Assembly (NCBI GenBank): GCA_026395595.1
Contig: JAPLYL010000003.1
Location: forward strand, 76,136-140,135
Length of the DNA stretch: 64,000 nt
Direction: 5' to 3'
DNA from: Candidatus Parcubacteria bacterium
GTDB taxonomy: Bacteria > Patescibacteriota > Minisyncoccia > Phycocordibacterales > CAIJYI01
Numbering within the stretch: position 1 is the first letter of the stretch; every line of letters starts with the position of its first letter. Below, piece after piece: positions 26,319 through 35,868 of the stretch. Under the pieces are notes generated by a model. That model was not told the origin of the DNA and ran no database searches. It saw only the letters and a program-made list of their open reading frames with translations. The translations under genes were made by a program, and so were the position numbers.

Positions 26319-26501
26319 ATGGTAATAGGACGATTTACAACAAGCGACTACGGGGTGGCGATTTTTGTTGAAAAAACGGACGCGCACTTTGTAGACGATT
26401 ATGGAAATGAAGTATCTGACAAACTTTTTCTTTTAGTAACGAATGATTATGGGGTTAGCGTCTCCGTACTATATAAAGGGTTTCCCGATAGTGGGGTTTA
26501 A
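26319..26501 (+). CDS. Small hypothetical protein of 60 aa with its own promoter, RBS and terminator.
   Basis: The promoter is TTGCAT-17-TATTAT (26231-26259). The RBS is ggagg and lies 10 nt before the ATG. A terminator follows. Confidence 0.45.
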   Translation: MVIGRFTTSDYGVAIFVEKTDAHFVDDYGNEVSDKLFLLVTNDYGVSVSVLYKGFPDSGV

Positions 26502-26509
26502 CTTTTCAA

Positions 26510-26546
26510 GAGCGATATCCTGGAAGGATGTCGCTCTTTTTTTCTC
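26510..26546 (+). terminator. Intrinsic terminator.
   Basis: The sequence agagcgatatcctggaaggatgtcgctcttttttt forms a hairpin followed by a T-run. Confidence 0.7.
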
Positions 26547-26595
26547 AAAGAGTTGTCATTTGATTTTTGTCTTTAATGGACTTATTATTATCAAT

Positions 26596-28461
26596 ATGGA
26601 AAAAAACTCTCAAAACGATCATATGGAACGCCGTTCTTTGGAACGGTCTTTTTCTCCCGCAAAAAGCGCATTAAAGGCATTTCAAAAAGTAAAAAGATTG
26701 CTTTCTGTTTCTGCTATTGCAGCCTTTCTTTTTTATGTTGTTCATGTTGCGAGAGAAATTCATGAAATAGACGTTCTCGGGATGAGCATCGGACTTCTTG
26801 CCGGTCTTTCTATTTTTTTGTACGGAATGTCAAAGATGGAAAGTTCTCTTGATCGACTTGCGGGCAATCGCGTCAAAAAAATGCTGGAAAGCGCGACCGA
26901 AACGAAACTTTCCGGAGTCGCGACAGGCGCCGCCGTTACGGCTCTCGTTGGATCTTCTTCTATTACGACTGTTCTTCTGATTAACCTTGTTGGTACGAGT
27001 ATACTTTCTTTTGCTCGTTCTGTTCCCGTTATATTCGGGACGAATATCGGATCAACCATTACTCTTCAATTGCTCGCTTTTAATGTTGATGCGCTTATTC
27101 CATACTTTCTCGTATTCGGATTTCTTTTGTTGTTTCTCAACAAAAACAATAAAAAAATGTATGCGGTCGGGAACATTGTTTTCGGTTTGGCACTCATTTT
27201 TTTCGGTTTGTATCTCATGAAGACCGCGATGATTCCTCTTCGCACGTTTGAACCGTTTCGTGAAATAATGATGAACATGGAGAATCCTCTTCTCGGGATG
27301 CTTATAGGATTCTTCTTCGCCGGTCTCATTCAGTCAAGCGCGGGAACAGTGGCTATCGTGATAGCGCTTGCGGCGAACGGATTAGTAACGCTTCCTGCCG
27401 GTATTGCTCTCATTCTCGGCGTACACATCGGGAAATGCAGTACGGCTCTTTTGGCTGGTATCGGAAAGAACGGGTTGGCAAGAAGAGTGGTCATAGCCAC
27501 GGTCATCTTTGCTGTTTCCAGCGCTCTTATTTTCATCTTCTTTATTCCAGAACTGGTGTATGCCGTAACTCATATCGGAGGAAGTATTCCGAGACAGATC
27601 GCCAACGCTCATACGATATTCAATGTTTTGGCAACGTTGGTCTTTTTGCCGTTCACCTCGCTTTTCACTTCTTTTGTTGAAAAAATCGTTCCCGCAAAAA
27701 GAACGAAAGAGGAGGAAGAATCCATACCGAAATACCTGCGGACAGAAGAAGAAATTCATGGCCCGATGGGTGTGTATTTCGGGCTTCTTGGCGTCAAACA
27801 AGAGATCCACAGAATGGGAACGACCGTTCTTGAAATGTACGATGACGTTCTTAATGGCATGCTTCATGGAACGGAAGAGGAATTGGAAAAGATTGAAAAA
27901 AGAGATAACAGCGTTGACACTCTTTATGATAGGATTTATGAAAATATCGTTACTATACGCCTTGCTGATAGAACGGAAGAGCAATTGGAGATATCTAATA
28001 CTTTGGAGCACTTCGCTGATGAACTGGAACGCGCGGGCGATACCGTGAAAAGACTGGCTCACTATGGAATTGAACGAGAGCAAAAAGAAGTGGAGATTAG
28101 TGAAGGAACTCAGCAAAAAATTATGGAAATGCACGGACTCATCCGTGAACAATTCCTGCGCTTGCTCAATGTTGTTTCAGGCGTTATGTCCAAAGAAGAA
28201 ACGGTGAATACGGAAAAAGAAATCATGGATGAGAGAAAACTCATTCTGAAAAGAACCGATGAATTTATCCAGTATCTGGAAAGGATCAGAGGGGAAGGCG
28301 AAATGCCTTTCCGTATAGAGGCGTTTAAAATTGAACGCGATATGCTCCGCTATATGACGAGATTTTATAAAAAGATTCACCATATGGCTTCGCTTCATCT
28401 TTCAAATTACTCGTTGAAGGAAGAAGAAGAAATTCTCTCCTCTGAGAATGAGGGAGAGTAA
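26596..28461 (+). CDS. Na/Pi cotransporter family protein (NptA/YjbB type) with a C-terminal PhoU-like domain. Its start was re-assigned to the Met of MEKNSQNDH.
   Basis: There are two repeated polytopic halves carrying GTNIGSTIT and GVHIGKCSTALLAGIG. The C-terminal 250 aa is helical and coiled, like PhoU. The track ORF start at 26443 overlaps the upstream terminator. Confidence 0.7.
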   Translation: MEKNSQNDHMERRSLERSFSPAKSALKAFQKVKRLLSVSAIAAFLFYVVHVAREIHEIDVLGMSIGLLAGLSIFLYGMSKMESSLDRLAGNRVKKMLESATETKLSGVATGAAVTALVGSSSITTVLLINLVGTSILSFARSVPVIFGTNIGSTITLQLLAFNVDALIPYFLVFGFLLLFLNKNNKKMYAVGNIVFGLALIFFGLYLMKTAMIPLRTFEPFREIMMNMENPLLGMLIGFFFAGLIQSSAGTVAIVIALAANGLVTLPAGIALILGVHIGKCSTALLAGIGKNGLARRVVIATVIFAVSSALIFIFFIPELVYAVTHIGGSIPRQIANAHTIFNVLATLVFLPFTSLFTSFVEKIVPAKRTKEEEESIPKYLRTEEEIHGPMGVYFGLLGVKQEIHRMGTTVLEMYDDVLNGMLHGTEEELEKIEKRDNSVDTLYDRIYENIVTIRLADRTEEQLEISNTLEHFADELERAGDTVKRLAHYGIEREQKEVEISEGTQQKIMEMHGLIREQFLRLLNVVSGVMSKEETVNTEKEIMDERKLILKRTDEFIQYLERIRGEGEMPFRIEAFKIERDMLRYMTRFYKKIHHMASLHLSNYSLKEEEEILSSENEGE

Positions 28462-28491
28462 TTCATGCAACTTTAACAATAACACTTTACT

Positions 28492-29472
28492 ATGGAATAT
28501 ATTATATTCTTTGTTCTCGTAGTTCTGTCCGCCTTTTTTTCCAGCGCTGAAACCGCTTACTTCAGCATACGGCATAGTCAGGTTCGCATAATGCAGGAAC
28601 AGAAGAAAAAGAATGCCGATCTGGTGCATCGCCTCAAAAATGATTCCGAGGGCCTTCTTATTACTATCCTCATTGGAAGCAATATCGTAAATTTTTCGGC
28701 TGCTTCCATGGCAACGATGCTTGGTGTGGAACATTTTGGCTCCATCGGGGTTGGTATTGCGACAGGCGCTGTTACGCTCATTGTTCTTATCTTTGGGGAG
28801 ATATTTCCAAAGACCATTTCTATTGTATACAATGCCGTTCTTGTTCGTTTAATGGCGAAACCTCTTTATGCTTGCGTTCTTGTTTTTGCTCCCGTGACGT
28901 GGCTTTTGCTTAAATTGCACCATTCAGTAACGGCCACCATGAAAATTAAAAAACAGTCGGTGGTGAGTGAAGAAGAAATTCGCGCGATGAGTCTTCTTGG
29001 GGTTGAACACGGAGAAATAGATAAAAGCGAACAAGAAATGATAGAAAAGATCTTTCGGTTTGATGATGTAAAGGCGGGCGACATAATGACTCCTATTGAT
29101 AAAGTTGAAGTATTGAACGGGGATGTTCCGATAGAACAAATTGCTTATTTTGTTGCTCATTCCGCTTTCTCGCGATTTCCCGTTCATGACGGAGGAACTG
29201 CCGAGAGGATCGTCGGGTATGTTCATGTAAATGACATCATGAAAGCGCTTAATTCAGACGACCGAGAGAGGCCCGTTATTGACTTCATGGATGAAATAAA
29301 ATGTGTGAGCGAGAATAAACCGGTGGATAGTATTTTCCGAAGCATGCAGAAAAGCAGACATCATTTGTATCTCGTTTATGAAGACGAGCATAAAACGGCT
29401 GTCGGTATCGTGACCATGGAAAATGTTCTGGAAGAGATAGTCGGAGAGATAAAAGATGAGACAGACGACTAA
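28492..29472 (+). CDS. CNNM / DUF21 transmembrane domain plus tandem CBS domain protein (TlyC / hemolysin-family).
   Basis: The N-terminus VLSAFFSSAETAYFSI is the DUF21 signature. It is followed by a CBS pair. Confidence 0.75.
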   Translation: MEYIIFFVLVVLSAFFSSAETAYFSIRHSQVRIMQEQKKKNADLVHRLKNDSEGLLITILIGSNIVNFSAASMATMLGVEHFGSIGVGIATGAVTLIVLIFGEIFPKTISIVYNAVLVRLMAKPLYACVLVFAPVTWLLLKLHHSVTATMKIKKQSVVSEEEIRAMSLLGVEHGEIDKSEQEMIEKIFRFDDVKAGDIMTPIDKVEVLNGDVPIEQIAYFVAHSAFSRFPVHDGGTAERIVGYVHVNDIMKALNSDDRERPVIDFMDEIKCVSENKPVDSIFRSMQKSRHHLYLVYEDEHKTAVGIVTMENVLEEIVGEIKDETDD

Positions 29473-29477
29473 AAAAA

Positions 29478-29509
29478 AGCCGTATCACTCAATGGGTGAT
29501 ACGGCTTTG
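29478..29509. terminator. Bidirectional intrinsic terminator between convergent genes.
   Basis: aaaagccgtatcactcaatgggtgatacggcttt forms a hairpin with A/T runs on both sides. Confidence 0.7.
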
Positions 29510-29513
29510 ATTT

Positions 29514-30371
29514 TTATACAAAAAATTGGATTACTTGAAAGTATCCGTAAAGAGCGTGGCTCCATGCGGCAACGCCGAATCCTTTTTTAAGATATACCCA
29601 CCCGAGGAATCCTCCTGACAGAAAACGGAAAGCAAACCCTCCTATCGTATAAGGATTATCCGGGTTATCAACTATACCGAAGTGTTGTCCTAATCCCGGG
29701 AAAAAGTGAAAGTAGTGGATTTCCGCAAAAACGAGCGAAGAAAATATGATGGCAATGAGAGAACTTTTGGATTCTTCCATCTCGCATCTTTTCAAAACCC
29801 AGAATGTACCACCCAGCAGTATTACTCGGCAAAGCAATTCTTCAAAAAATCCCGCTCCGCTTCTCATCGCAAACAATAACGGGAGAAGAGAAAAAGAGCT
29901 TTGATTCCCTTGCGGTAGACCGGACTGCATAAGGGATATAACAAAGGCAATGACCCAAAGTATGGCGGCAAAAGGAAATGCTTGTTTTATGGTAAACAAA
30001 ACATCTCCGGGGTTAAGGTCTAAAGGACCGGATTTTTTGCTTTCTCTGTAACAGAGAAAGAATAAAACCGCCATGACGAGAAACCCGGCAAGACTCTGTG
30101 GAATAAGACCAAACAGTGTTGCAAATTTTTTGAGCACGAGTTCGGCGTTTAGTACCATTTCCATCGGGCTTCCCGATAGAATAGAGTCTGACTCAGTGAT
30201 GACATAATGAAGGAAAAGCGGGATGGTTACGTATAGCCCGTACCTGACAGACATGGAAAGATTTGTTTCCTGTTTATTGATATCCATAATTTCCCCTTTG
30301 GAAAATGGCAAAGAATCTATTTTTACGATATCGGACTTATTTCGTTTTGTCAAACATAAAAAGTTCCCCAT
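29514..30371 (-). CDS. CPBP-family intramembrane glutamic endopeptidase (CAAX protease / Abi-domain).
   Basis: It has the EExxxR motif (FFEELLCR), the FxxxH motif (FAEIHYF) and a downstream His (HALYGY) in a polytopic membrane protein. Confidence 0.6.
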   Translation of the reverse strand: MGNFLCLTKRNKSDIVKIDSLPFSKGEIMDINKQETNLSMSVRYGLYVTIPLFLHYVITESDSILSGSPMEMVLNAELVLKKFATLFGLIPQSLAGFLVMAVLFFLCYRESKKSGPLDLNPGDVLFTIKQAFPFAAILWVIAFVISLMQSGLPQGNQSSFSLLPLLFAMRSGAGFFEELLCRVILLGGTFWVLKRCEMEESKSSLIAIIFSSLVFAEIHYFHFFPGLGQHFGIVDNPDNPYTIGGFAFRFLSGGFLGWVYLKKGFGVAAWSHALYGYFQVIQFFV

Positions 30372-30397
30372 TCCAAAACAGGAACGGAGAACATTAT

Positions 30398-31294
30398 TTA
30401 TTTCATATCAACTTGTTTCAGGGCTTTTTGAATTTCCCAAAAAGGTACGGCTCCTGATTGTTGCGTCATGCCGCCAAAATCTGGTTTTGTCATGGTCGCC
30501 ATTCCAATGACTTTAAAATCAAGCAATGAAATGACCGGACCCCCTGAGTTTCCTGAATTGATTGGGGCGATAAAATGAAGGTATGGCGTTTTTCCTCCTA
30601 CTCGGAATGTATTGTTTCCCAACATTCCTCGGGTAATAGTGAAAGGAAGTTCCAACGGGGTTCCTATCATGATAATCGGTTCGTCGGGGACGACATATGG
30701 TCCCGTTCCCGAAACTACTTTTCCGTTCACGATATGTGGCGATCCTGTGCGGAACTCTGCGACTTTCCATTTTTTTGGAGGCGTTCCGCTTGTTTGATCG
30801 TTTGAAATTTTAAGCACGGCGACATCCGACTCGGGAAAGGTCTTTATTACGTCTACATTCCAACGACGGTTTTGCGAGTCAATAATAAAGTTTTTGACGT
30901 TAAACCTCAATCCAAAAAGAGAAGAAACGGGAACGTTTCTGGTTTTTGCCAGATTATCCGTGCAGAATTTTTCTTTTGCCGCAACATCGACCACATGATT
31001 ATTGGTCGCGAAGTATCCTTTTTCGTCTACTGTAAAGGCAGAACCAACGCCTTCCACACATACAGATGTAACATCTTTTTGCGAAGCCTTGTCTTTTTCT
31101 GTTATATACAGTTTCATTTCAAAAGAAAAAACAGAAGGGGAGAGAAGTGCACGCGCGAATGTTGTTTCTTTGTATTCCTCAATAGCGGGTGCGTTCGGAG
31201 GGGACTGTCTTAGTGTCCCGACAGCGAAGACAACAGCAAGAGCGGTAAGAATGACCAGTGTGAAATTTCGCGCAAGAGCGAAATAGTATTTCAT
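30398..31294 (-). CDS. Secreted trypsin-like serine protease (S1 / HtrA-like catalytic domain, no PDZ).
   Basis: A signal peptide is present. The catalytic His is in GSAFTVDEKGYFATNNHVV and the Ser is in NSGNSGGPVI. Confidence 0.75.
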   Translation of the reverse strand: MKYYFALARNFTLVILTALAVVFAVGTLRQSPPNAPAIEEYKETTFARALLSPSVFSFEMKLYITEKDKASQKDVTSVCVEGVGSAFTVDEKGYFATNNHVVDVAAKEKFCTDNLAKTRNVPVSSLFGLRFNVKNFIIDSQNRRWNVDVIKTFPESDVAVLKISNDQTSGTPPKKWKVAEFRTGSPHIVNGKVVSGTGPYVVPDEPIIMIGTPLELPFTITRGMLGNNTFRVGGKTPYLHFIAPINSGNSGGPVISLLDFKVIGMATMTKPDFGGMTQQSGAVPFWEIQKALKQVDMK

Positions 31295-31408
31295 GATAAA
31301 CTCCTTTGTTATCTATGGCAAACAGCTAAATTCTGCATTCAGACTACCTAACTTGCGCGACACTGTCAAATTTCTTTCCTTGTGTTTTTTCTGCTATTAT
31401 CGTGAGAT

Positions 31409-32323
31409 ATGAAGCATCCCCTGCTTATTGGCATAATTTTTGCGAGCGCTTTTTTTTCTGTAAGAAAAGAGGGGTTTGTTCTTGTTTCGCCGTCAAGAAA
31501 TGAAGCAACTATCATTGCGGTTGGGGACATTATGCTCGGACGTTATGTGGAAGAACTTTCTCTCCGTAAAGGCCGGAATTACCCGTTCGCTTCCACGACG
31601 AAAATTTTTTCCGGCGCCGATGTTGTTTTTGGAAACCTTGAAGGAACCGTTCCGAATGAACACGAAAAAACGCCAAACTATGGCTGGCGTTTTTCTTTCA
31701 ATAAAGAGGCAGTGAAGGAGGCTCGTCGTGCAGGAATAAATGTGGTTACTCTCGCAAACAATCATTCAACTGATTTTGGCGGAAGCGGATATGATGAGAC
31801 GGTTTCTTCTTTGAACGATATCGGGATTGTATCTGTGGGAAAACATTCTGATTATTTATATGAAAAAGAAGGGATAAAAATCCGGTTCATGGGTTGGAAT
31901 GATACGTTTGCGCCTCTTTCTCTAAAAACCGTTTCGGATAAAATTCGGGCATCAAAAAAAGAAAACGAATTTTTGATTGCCGCCGTTCATTTTGGTGAAG
32001 AATATGCGACCAGTTCCACTTCTCGCCAAAAAGAATTGGCGCGCGCCATGATAGATGCCGGCGCAGATGTCGTTATTGGGTCTCATCCTCATGTTGTAGA
32101 AGAAAAAGAAATCTACCACGAAAAACCGATATTTTATTCGCTGGGAAATTTTATTTTTGATCAGTATTTTTCGGAAGAAACACAAAAGGGACTTGCAGTA
32201 AAAATGACCATAACAGGGAGTACTGTGAAGTATGAAATGATGCCGATAAGCTTGCATAAAAGTCGTCCTCAATTGGATATGAATGCTGAAATTCAGAGTT
32301 TTTCACTCCCGCGTGTAAAATAA
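31409..32323 (+). CDS. CapA / PGA_cap family metallophosphatase-like protein.
   Basis: It has IIAVGDIMLGR, LANNHSTDFG and a GSHPHVV histidine cluster. A signal peptide is present. Confidence 0.7.
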   Translation: MKHPLLIGIIFASAFFSVRKEGFVLVSPSRNEATIIAVGDIMLGRYVEELSLRKGRNYPFASTTKIFSGADVVFGNLEGTVPNEHEKTPNYGWRFSFNKEAVKEARRAGINVVTLANNHSTDFGGSGYDETVSSLNDIGIVSVGKHSDYLYEKEGIKIRFMGWNDTFAPLSLKTVSDKIRASKKENEFLIAAVHFGEEYATSSTSRQKELARAMIDAGADVVIGSHPHVVEEKEIYHEKPIFYSLGNFIFDQYFSEETQKGLAVKMTITGSTVKYEMMPISLHKSRPQLDMNAEIQSFSLPRVK

Positions 32324-32331
32324 AGATTTTT

Positions 32332-33435
32332 TTGTGGTATAATATATACTATTGTATGGTTTCTTTATTATTTATCATCGTTTTATTAGTAGTTATAATA
32401 ACAATTTTTTTTATGGCCGAATCAAATGCTTCAAAACACGAGAACATGAAATCAAAGTCTTCCCCCAAAGACGTCTTTCTTCATATTTTGATGATCGGTG
32501 CTCTCTATGTGAGTACTTTCATGATTTCTTCGCTGTGGTTTGATTACATTAATTTCTGGTTTCCGGATAAATTGAATTATAACTATCGAGCTATTCTTGA
32601 AGGAATCCTCGTAGGCACTTCAACCCTCATTGTTATCTTTCCGGTATACTTGCTCACTTCGTGGCTTCTTGAAAAGGAAATCAAAATGGATAAAGAGAAA
32701 AGGGAAATGCTGGTTAGGAAGTGGCTTATCTATTTGACCCTCTTTGTGTCAGCGATTGCTATTATCGTTGAAGTTGTCCGTTTGGTATATAATTTCCTTT
32801 CAGGTGAACTTACGATGAATTTCTTTCTTAAGATATTGGTTGTACTTATTGTTGCAAGCGTCGCTTTTGGTTATTATCTTTGGGACGCAAAACGAAAGAT
32901 AGGCTCCGTCAGCAATCTTCCGAAATATCTCGCATGGACTACCGGTCTTATTATTTTCGGAAGCGTTGCTCTCAGCTTTTTTCTCGTCGGTTCCCCGGCG
33001 CATCAGAGAGCTGTTCGTTTTGATGATCAGCGTCTTGTTGATCTGCAAAGCATTCAAGGACAGGTTATAACCTATTGGCAACAAAAAGAGGCTTTGCCTC
33101 CCGCGTTACCTAACCTTGTTGACAGTGTCGGATGGTTTGTTTTGCCAACCGATCCCGATACTCGCACTCAATATGAATATATTGTAAAAGGTCCGCTTGC
33201 GTTTGAACTGTGCGCTACCTTTGGAGCAAAAAGCATTGAGACCGAGGCTCCGGATAGGGCGTATGTTTCTACTCCGTCAGTTCCGGGAAAAGTCGCTCCT
33301 GCTGAAAGCTGGTCTCATGAGATGGGAAGAACTTGTTTTGAAAGAACCATAGACCCGGAAATTTGGAAGATCAATAAGCCTTTGCCGGTCATTATTCAGG
33401 ACAAGACCGCACCTGCAGCCGTTCCTTTGCAATAA
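32332..33435 (+). CDS. Hypothetical polytopic membrane protein. An alternative start is MAESNASK at 32419.
   Basis: It has 5-6 TM helices followed by a soluble C-terminal domain. It starts 9 nt after capA. Confidence 0.5.
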   Translation: MWYNIYYCMVSLLFIIVLLVVIITIFFMAESNASKHENMKSKSSPKDVFLHILMIGALYVSTFMISSLWFDYINFWFPDKLNYNYRAILEGILVGTSTLIVIFPVYLLTSWLLEKEIKMDKEKREMLVRKWLIYLTLFVSAIAIIVEVVRLVYNFLSGELTMNFFLKILVVLIVASVAFGYYLWDAKRKIGSVSNLPKYLAWTTGLIIFGSVALSFFLVGSPAHQRAVRFDDQRLVDLQSIQGQVITYWQQKEALPPALPNLVDSVGWFVLPTDPDTRTQYEYIVKGPLAFELCATFGAKSIETEAPDRAYVSTPSVPGKVAPAESWSHEMGRTCFERTIDPEIWKINKPLPVIIQDKTAPAAVPLQ

Positions 33436-33447
33436 AAAAGAATCTTA

Positions 33448-33479
33448 AAACTGCCGCACAGTTCTTGTGTGGCAGTTTT
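33448..33479 (+). terminator. Intrinsic terminator.
   Basis: aaactgccgcacagttcttgtgtggcagtttt forms a hairpin followed by a T-run. Confidence 0.7.
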
Positions 33480-33486
33480 CGTGTAA

Positions 33487-33521
33487 TTGACAAAAAATCA
33501 TATGTCTGATATACTAAAATC
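33487..33521 (+). promoter_or_regulatory. Near-consensus promoter TTGACA-17-TATACT.
   Basis: The hexamers were read directly and the spacer is 17 nt. It drives the small membrane-protein gene at 33552. Confidence 0.55.
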
Positions 33522-33551
33522 AGATAAGCTATTTAAAAAGTGAGGTGTATT

Positions 33552-33827
33552 ATGTCTCCCATGACATTTGTTGTTGTTCTTGCAATTGTGATGTTTCTTG
33601 TTATTGTGGTGATGGTGCTTTTTTGTTACGTGTTTACGTACAAAAAAGAAAAAGAAATATTGATTATGTTGCTTCGTTCAACACTCGTTCAACTTCCTCT
33701 TGATCAATTGCAAAGAATTTCTATCGTCAAAGTATTCGGTGATGAGACCAACTTACGCCAGGATGCAGACGAAATTCTTCGCGATATCATCAAGCAAAAA
33801 TTGGATAAAAAATCCATCAAGAAATAA
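33552..33827 (+). CDS. Small membrane protein of 91 aa, delimited by its own promoter and terminator.
   Basis: The SD GAGGTG lies 7 nt before the ATG. One TM helix is present. The terminator aaagggcttctttttgaagcccttttt lies at 33833-33861. Confidence 0.5.
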   Translation: MSPMTFVVVLAIVMFLVIVVMVLFCYVFTYKKEKEILIMLLRSTLVQLPLDQLQRISIVKVFGDETNLRQDADEILRDIIKQKLDKKSIKK

Positions 33828-33963
33828 CAGATAAAGGGCTTCTTTTTGAAGCCCTTTTTGATTGACAGAATCGGGTGATTTGACTATCTTTCTTTTAGAG
33901 GTAACTTTCTATTGATAGTATTTGTTATCATAAGTACCCTAAAAATAAAAAAGGAGAAAAATT

Positions 33964-35808
33964 ATGTGTGGAATTGTTGGTGCGGTAAGAAAAAATAAAG
34001 CGGTGATTCCCGTATTGATTGAAGGGCTAAAAGCTCTTGAGTATCGGGGGTATGATTCCTCGGGTGTTGCCGTTATTGAAAACGGCAAGATAACTTGCAT
34101 CAAATCCGTCGGAAAAGTGACGGAATTGGAAAAACGGCTTCACGGACAACAACCTTTGAAGGGTTCTGTCGGGATAGCTCATACGAGATGGGCAACCCAT
34201 GGCGTTCCTTCGGAAAAAAATGCGCACCCGCATGTTTCTTATGGAAACCAAGTGGCGGTGGTGCATAACGGCATTATTGAAAATCACGAAAAACTGCGCG
34301 CACTGCTTGAATCAAGAGGGTACAAATTTTCTTCGGAAACAGATACTGAAGTTATTGCGCATCTCGTGGATTATTATCTCAGCGGAGAAAGTAATCTTTT
34401 TGAAGCGGTGGAAAAAGCGGTTCGCGAACTCAAAGGCGCGTATGCTATTGCTGTCATCAGTCCGAACGCTCCCGATATCATAGTCGCTGCCCGTTCCGGA
34501 AGTCCACTCGTTGTCGGCTTCGGCAATGAAGAAATGTTCGTTGCTTCGGATGTTTCCGCTTTGATTTCTGAAACGAATAATTTTACGTATTTGGAAGACG
34601 GCGATGTTGCTGAAATTTTTGCGGATGGTTGCGCTTTTCGCAATGCAAGCGGAAAAAGGGTCCATCGTCCGATGATCCAAAGCGAACTGACGGCGAGCGA
34701 TACTTCTTTGCATGGATTTCAACACTTCATGCAGAAAGAAATATATGATCAGCCGAAAGCGATTCGCGATACTGTAAAAGACGCATTGGCCGGCGGTGAA
34801 ATTCGGGAAGATTCTTTCGGTAAGAAAGCGCTTTCTGTGTTTCGCAAAATATCATCCGTGCAGATCATTGCGTGCGGAACGAGCTATCATGCCGGTCTTG
34901 CGGCAAAATACTGGATAGAACCGCTTGCGGATCTTCCTTGCAACGTTGATGTGGCGAGCGAGTATCGTTATCGCAATCCCCGTTTTCGCAAAGGAACGCT
35001 CTATGTGTTTATTTCCCAATCGGGAGAAACGGCTGATACGCTGGCATGTCTCAACATGATCAAAAAGGAAAGCCCTGATTCTTATACGCTGGCAATCTGT
35101 AATGCTCCCGAAAGCTCTCTTACGAGGGAAGCGGAACTGACCATTTTTACCCGCGCGGGAAAAGAAATCGGGGTTGCTTCCACAAAAGCATTTACGACGC
35201 AATTGGTAGCACTTCTTCTTCTGACCGTCGTGCTCGGTTGTGTTCGTAAAACGATTCCGTTGAAGACAAAAAAACTTATTACCAAAGGCCTTCTTGAATT
35301 ACCGGAAAAAATAGAAGAAGCGCTTTTGCTTGATTCAACGCTCCGTGCGCTTGCGCCGAAGTTTGTCAAAAAAGAACATTGTCTTTTTCTCGGACGCGGG
35401 ATTGAATATCCGATTGCTTTGGAAGGCGCATTGAAATTGAAAGAAATTTCGTACATTCATGCGGAAGGGTATCAGGCGGGAGAATTGAAACATGGGCCAT
35501 TGGCTCTGGTTGATGAAAATATGCCGGTGATTGCCGTGGCTCCGAATGATGCGCTTGCGGGAAAACTTCAATCCAATTTGAAAGAAGTCCGCGCTCGTAA
35601 CGGAAAGCTTTTTATTTTTGCTTCTCCTGAAACGAAGATCGTAAAAGACGAAGGAACAGAGATTATTCTGATTCCCGAGGTTGATGAACTTTTGGCGCCC
35701 ATCGTTGCCATTGTTCCGCTGCAACTCTTCGCGTATCATGTGGCAGTTCTGCGAGGAAAAGACGTAGACAAGCCGCGCAATCTTGCGAAATCAGTTACCG
35801 TGGAGTAA
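33964..35808 (+). CDS. glmS: Glutamine--fructose-6-phosphate aminotransferase.
   Basis: MCGIVGAV gives the N-terminal Cys2 nucleophile. Two SIS domains are present. The C-terminus is ...KSVTVE. Confidence 0.95.
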   Translation: MCGIVGAVRKNKAVIPVLIEGLKALEYRGYDSSGVAVIENGKITCIKSVGKVTELEKRLHGQQPLKGSVGIAHTRWATHGVPSEKNAHPHVSYGNQVAVVHNGIIENHEKLRALLESRGYKFSSETDTEVIAHLVDYYLSGESNLFEAVEKAVRELKGAYAIAVISPNAPDIIVAARSGSPLVVGFGNEEMFVASDVSALISETNNFTYLEDGDVAEIFADGCAFRNASGKRVHRPMIQSELTASDTSLHGFQHFMQKEIYDQPKAIRDTVKDALAGGEIREDSFGKKALSVFRKISSVQIIACGTSYHAGLAAKYWIEPLADLPCNVDVASEYRYRNPRFRKGTLYVFISQSGETADTLACLNMIKKESPDSYTLAICNAPESSLTREAELTIFTRAGKEIGVASTKAFTTQLVALLLLTVVLGCVRKTIPLKTKKLITKGLLELPEKIEEALLLDSTLRALAPKFVKKEHCLFLGRGIEYPIALEGALKLKEISYIHAEGYQAGELKHGPLALVDENMPVIAVAPNDALAGKLQSNLKEVRARNGKLFIFASPETKIVKDEGTEIILIPEVDELLAPIVAIVPLQLFAYHVAVLRGKDVDKPRNLAKSVTVE

Positions 35809-35814
35809 CTTTAG

Positions 35815-35852
35815 GGAGTGTTAGTGGGTTATACCTGCTGACACTCCTTTTT
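35815..35852 (+). terminator. Intrinsic terminator.
   Basis: ggagtgttagtgggttatacctgctgacactcc forms a hairpin followed by a T-run. Confidence 0.7.
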
Positions 35853-35868
35853 TAATACACAAAAATAT

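Noticed and set aside
33840-33963. glmS ribozyme upstream of glmS.
   Set aside because: The 5' UTR is only about 120 nt and shows none of the conserved glmS ribozyme core. It is a plain AT-rich leader with an SD.
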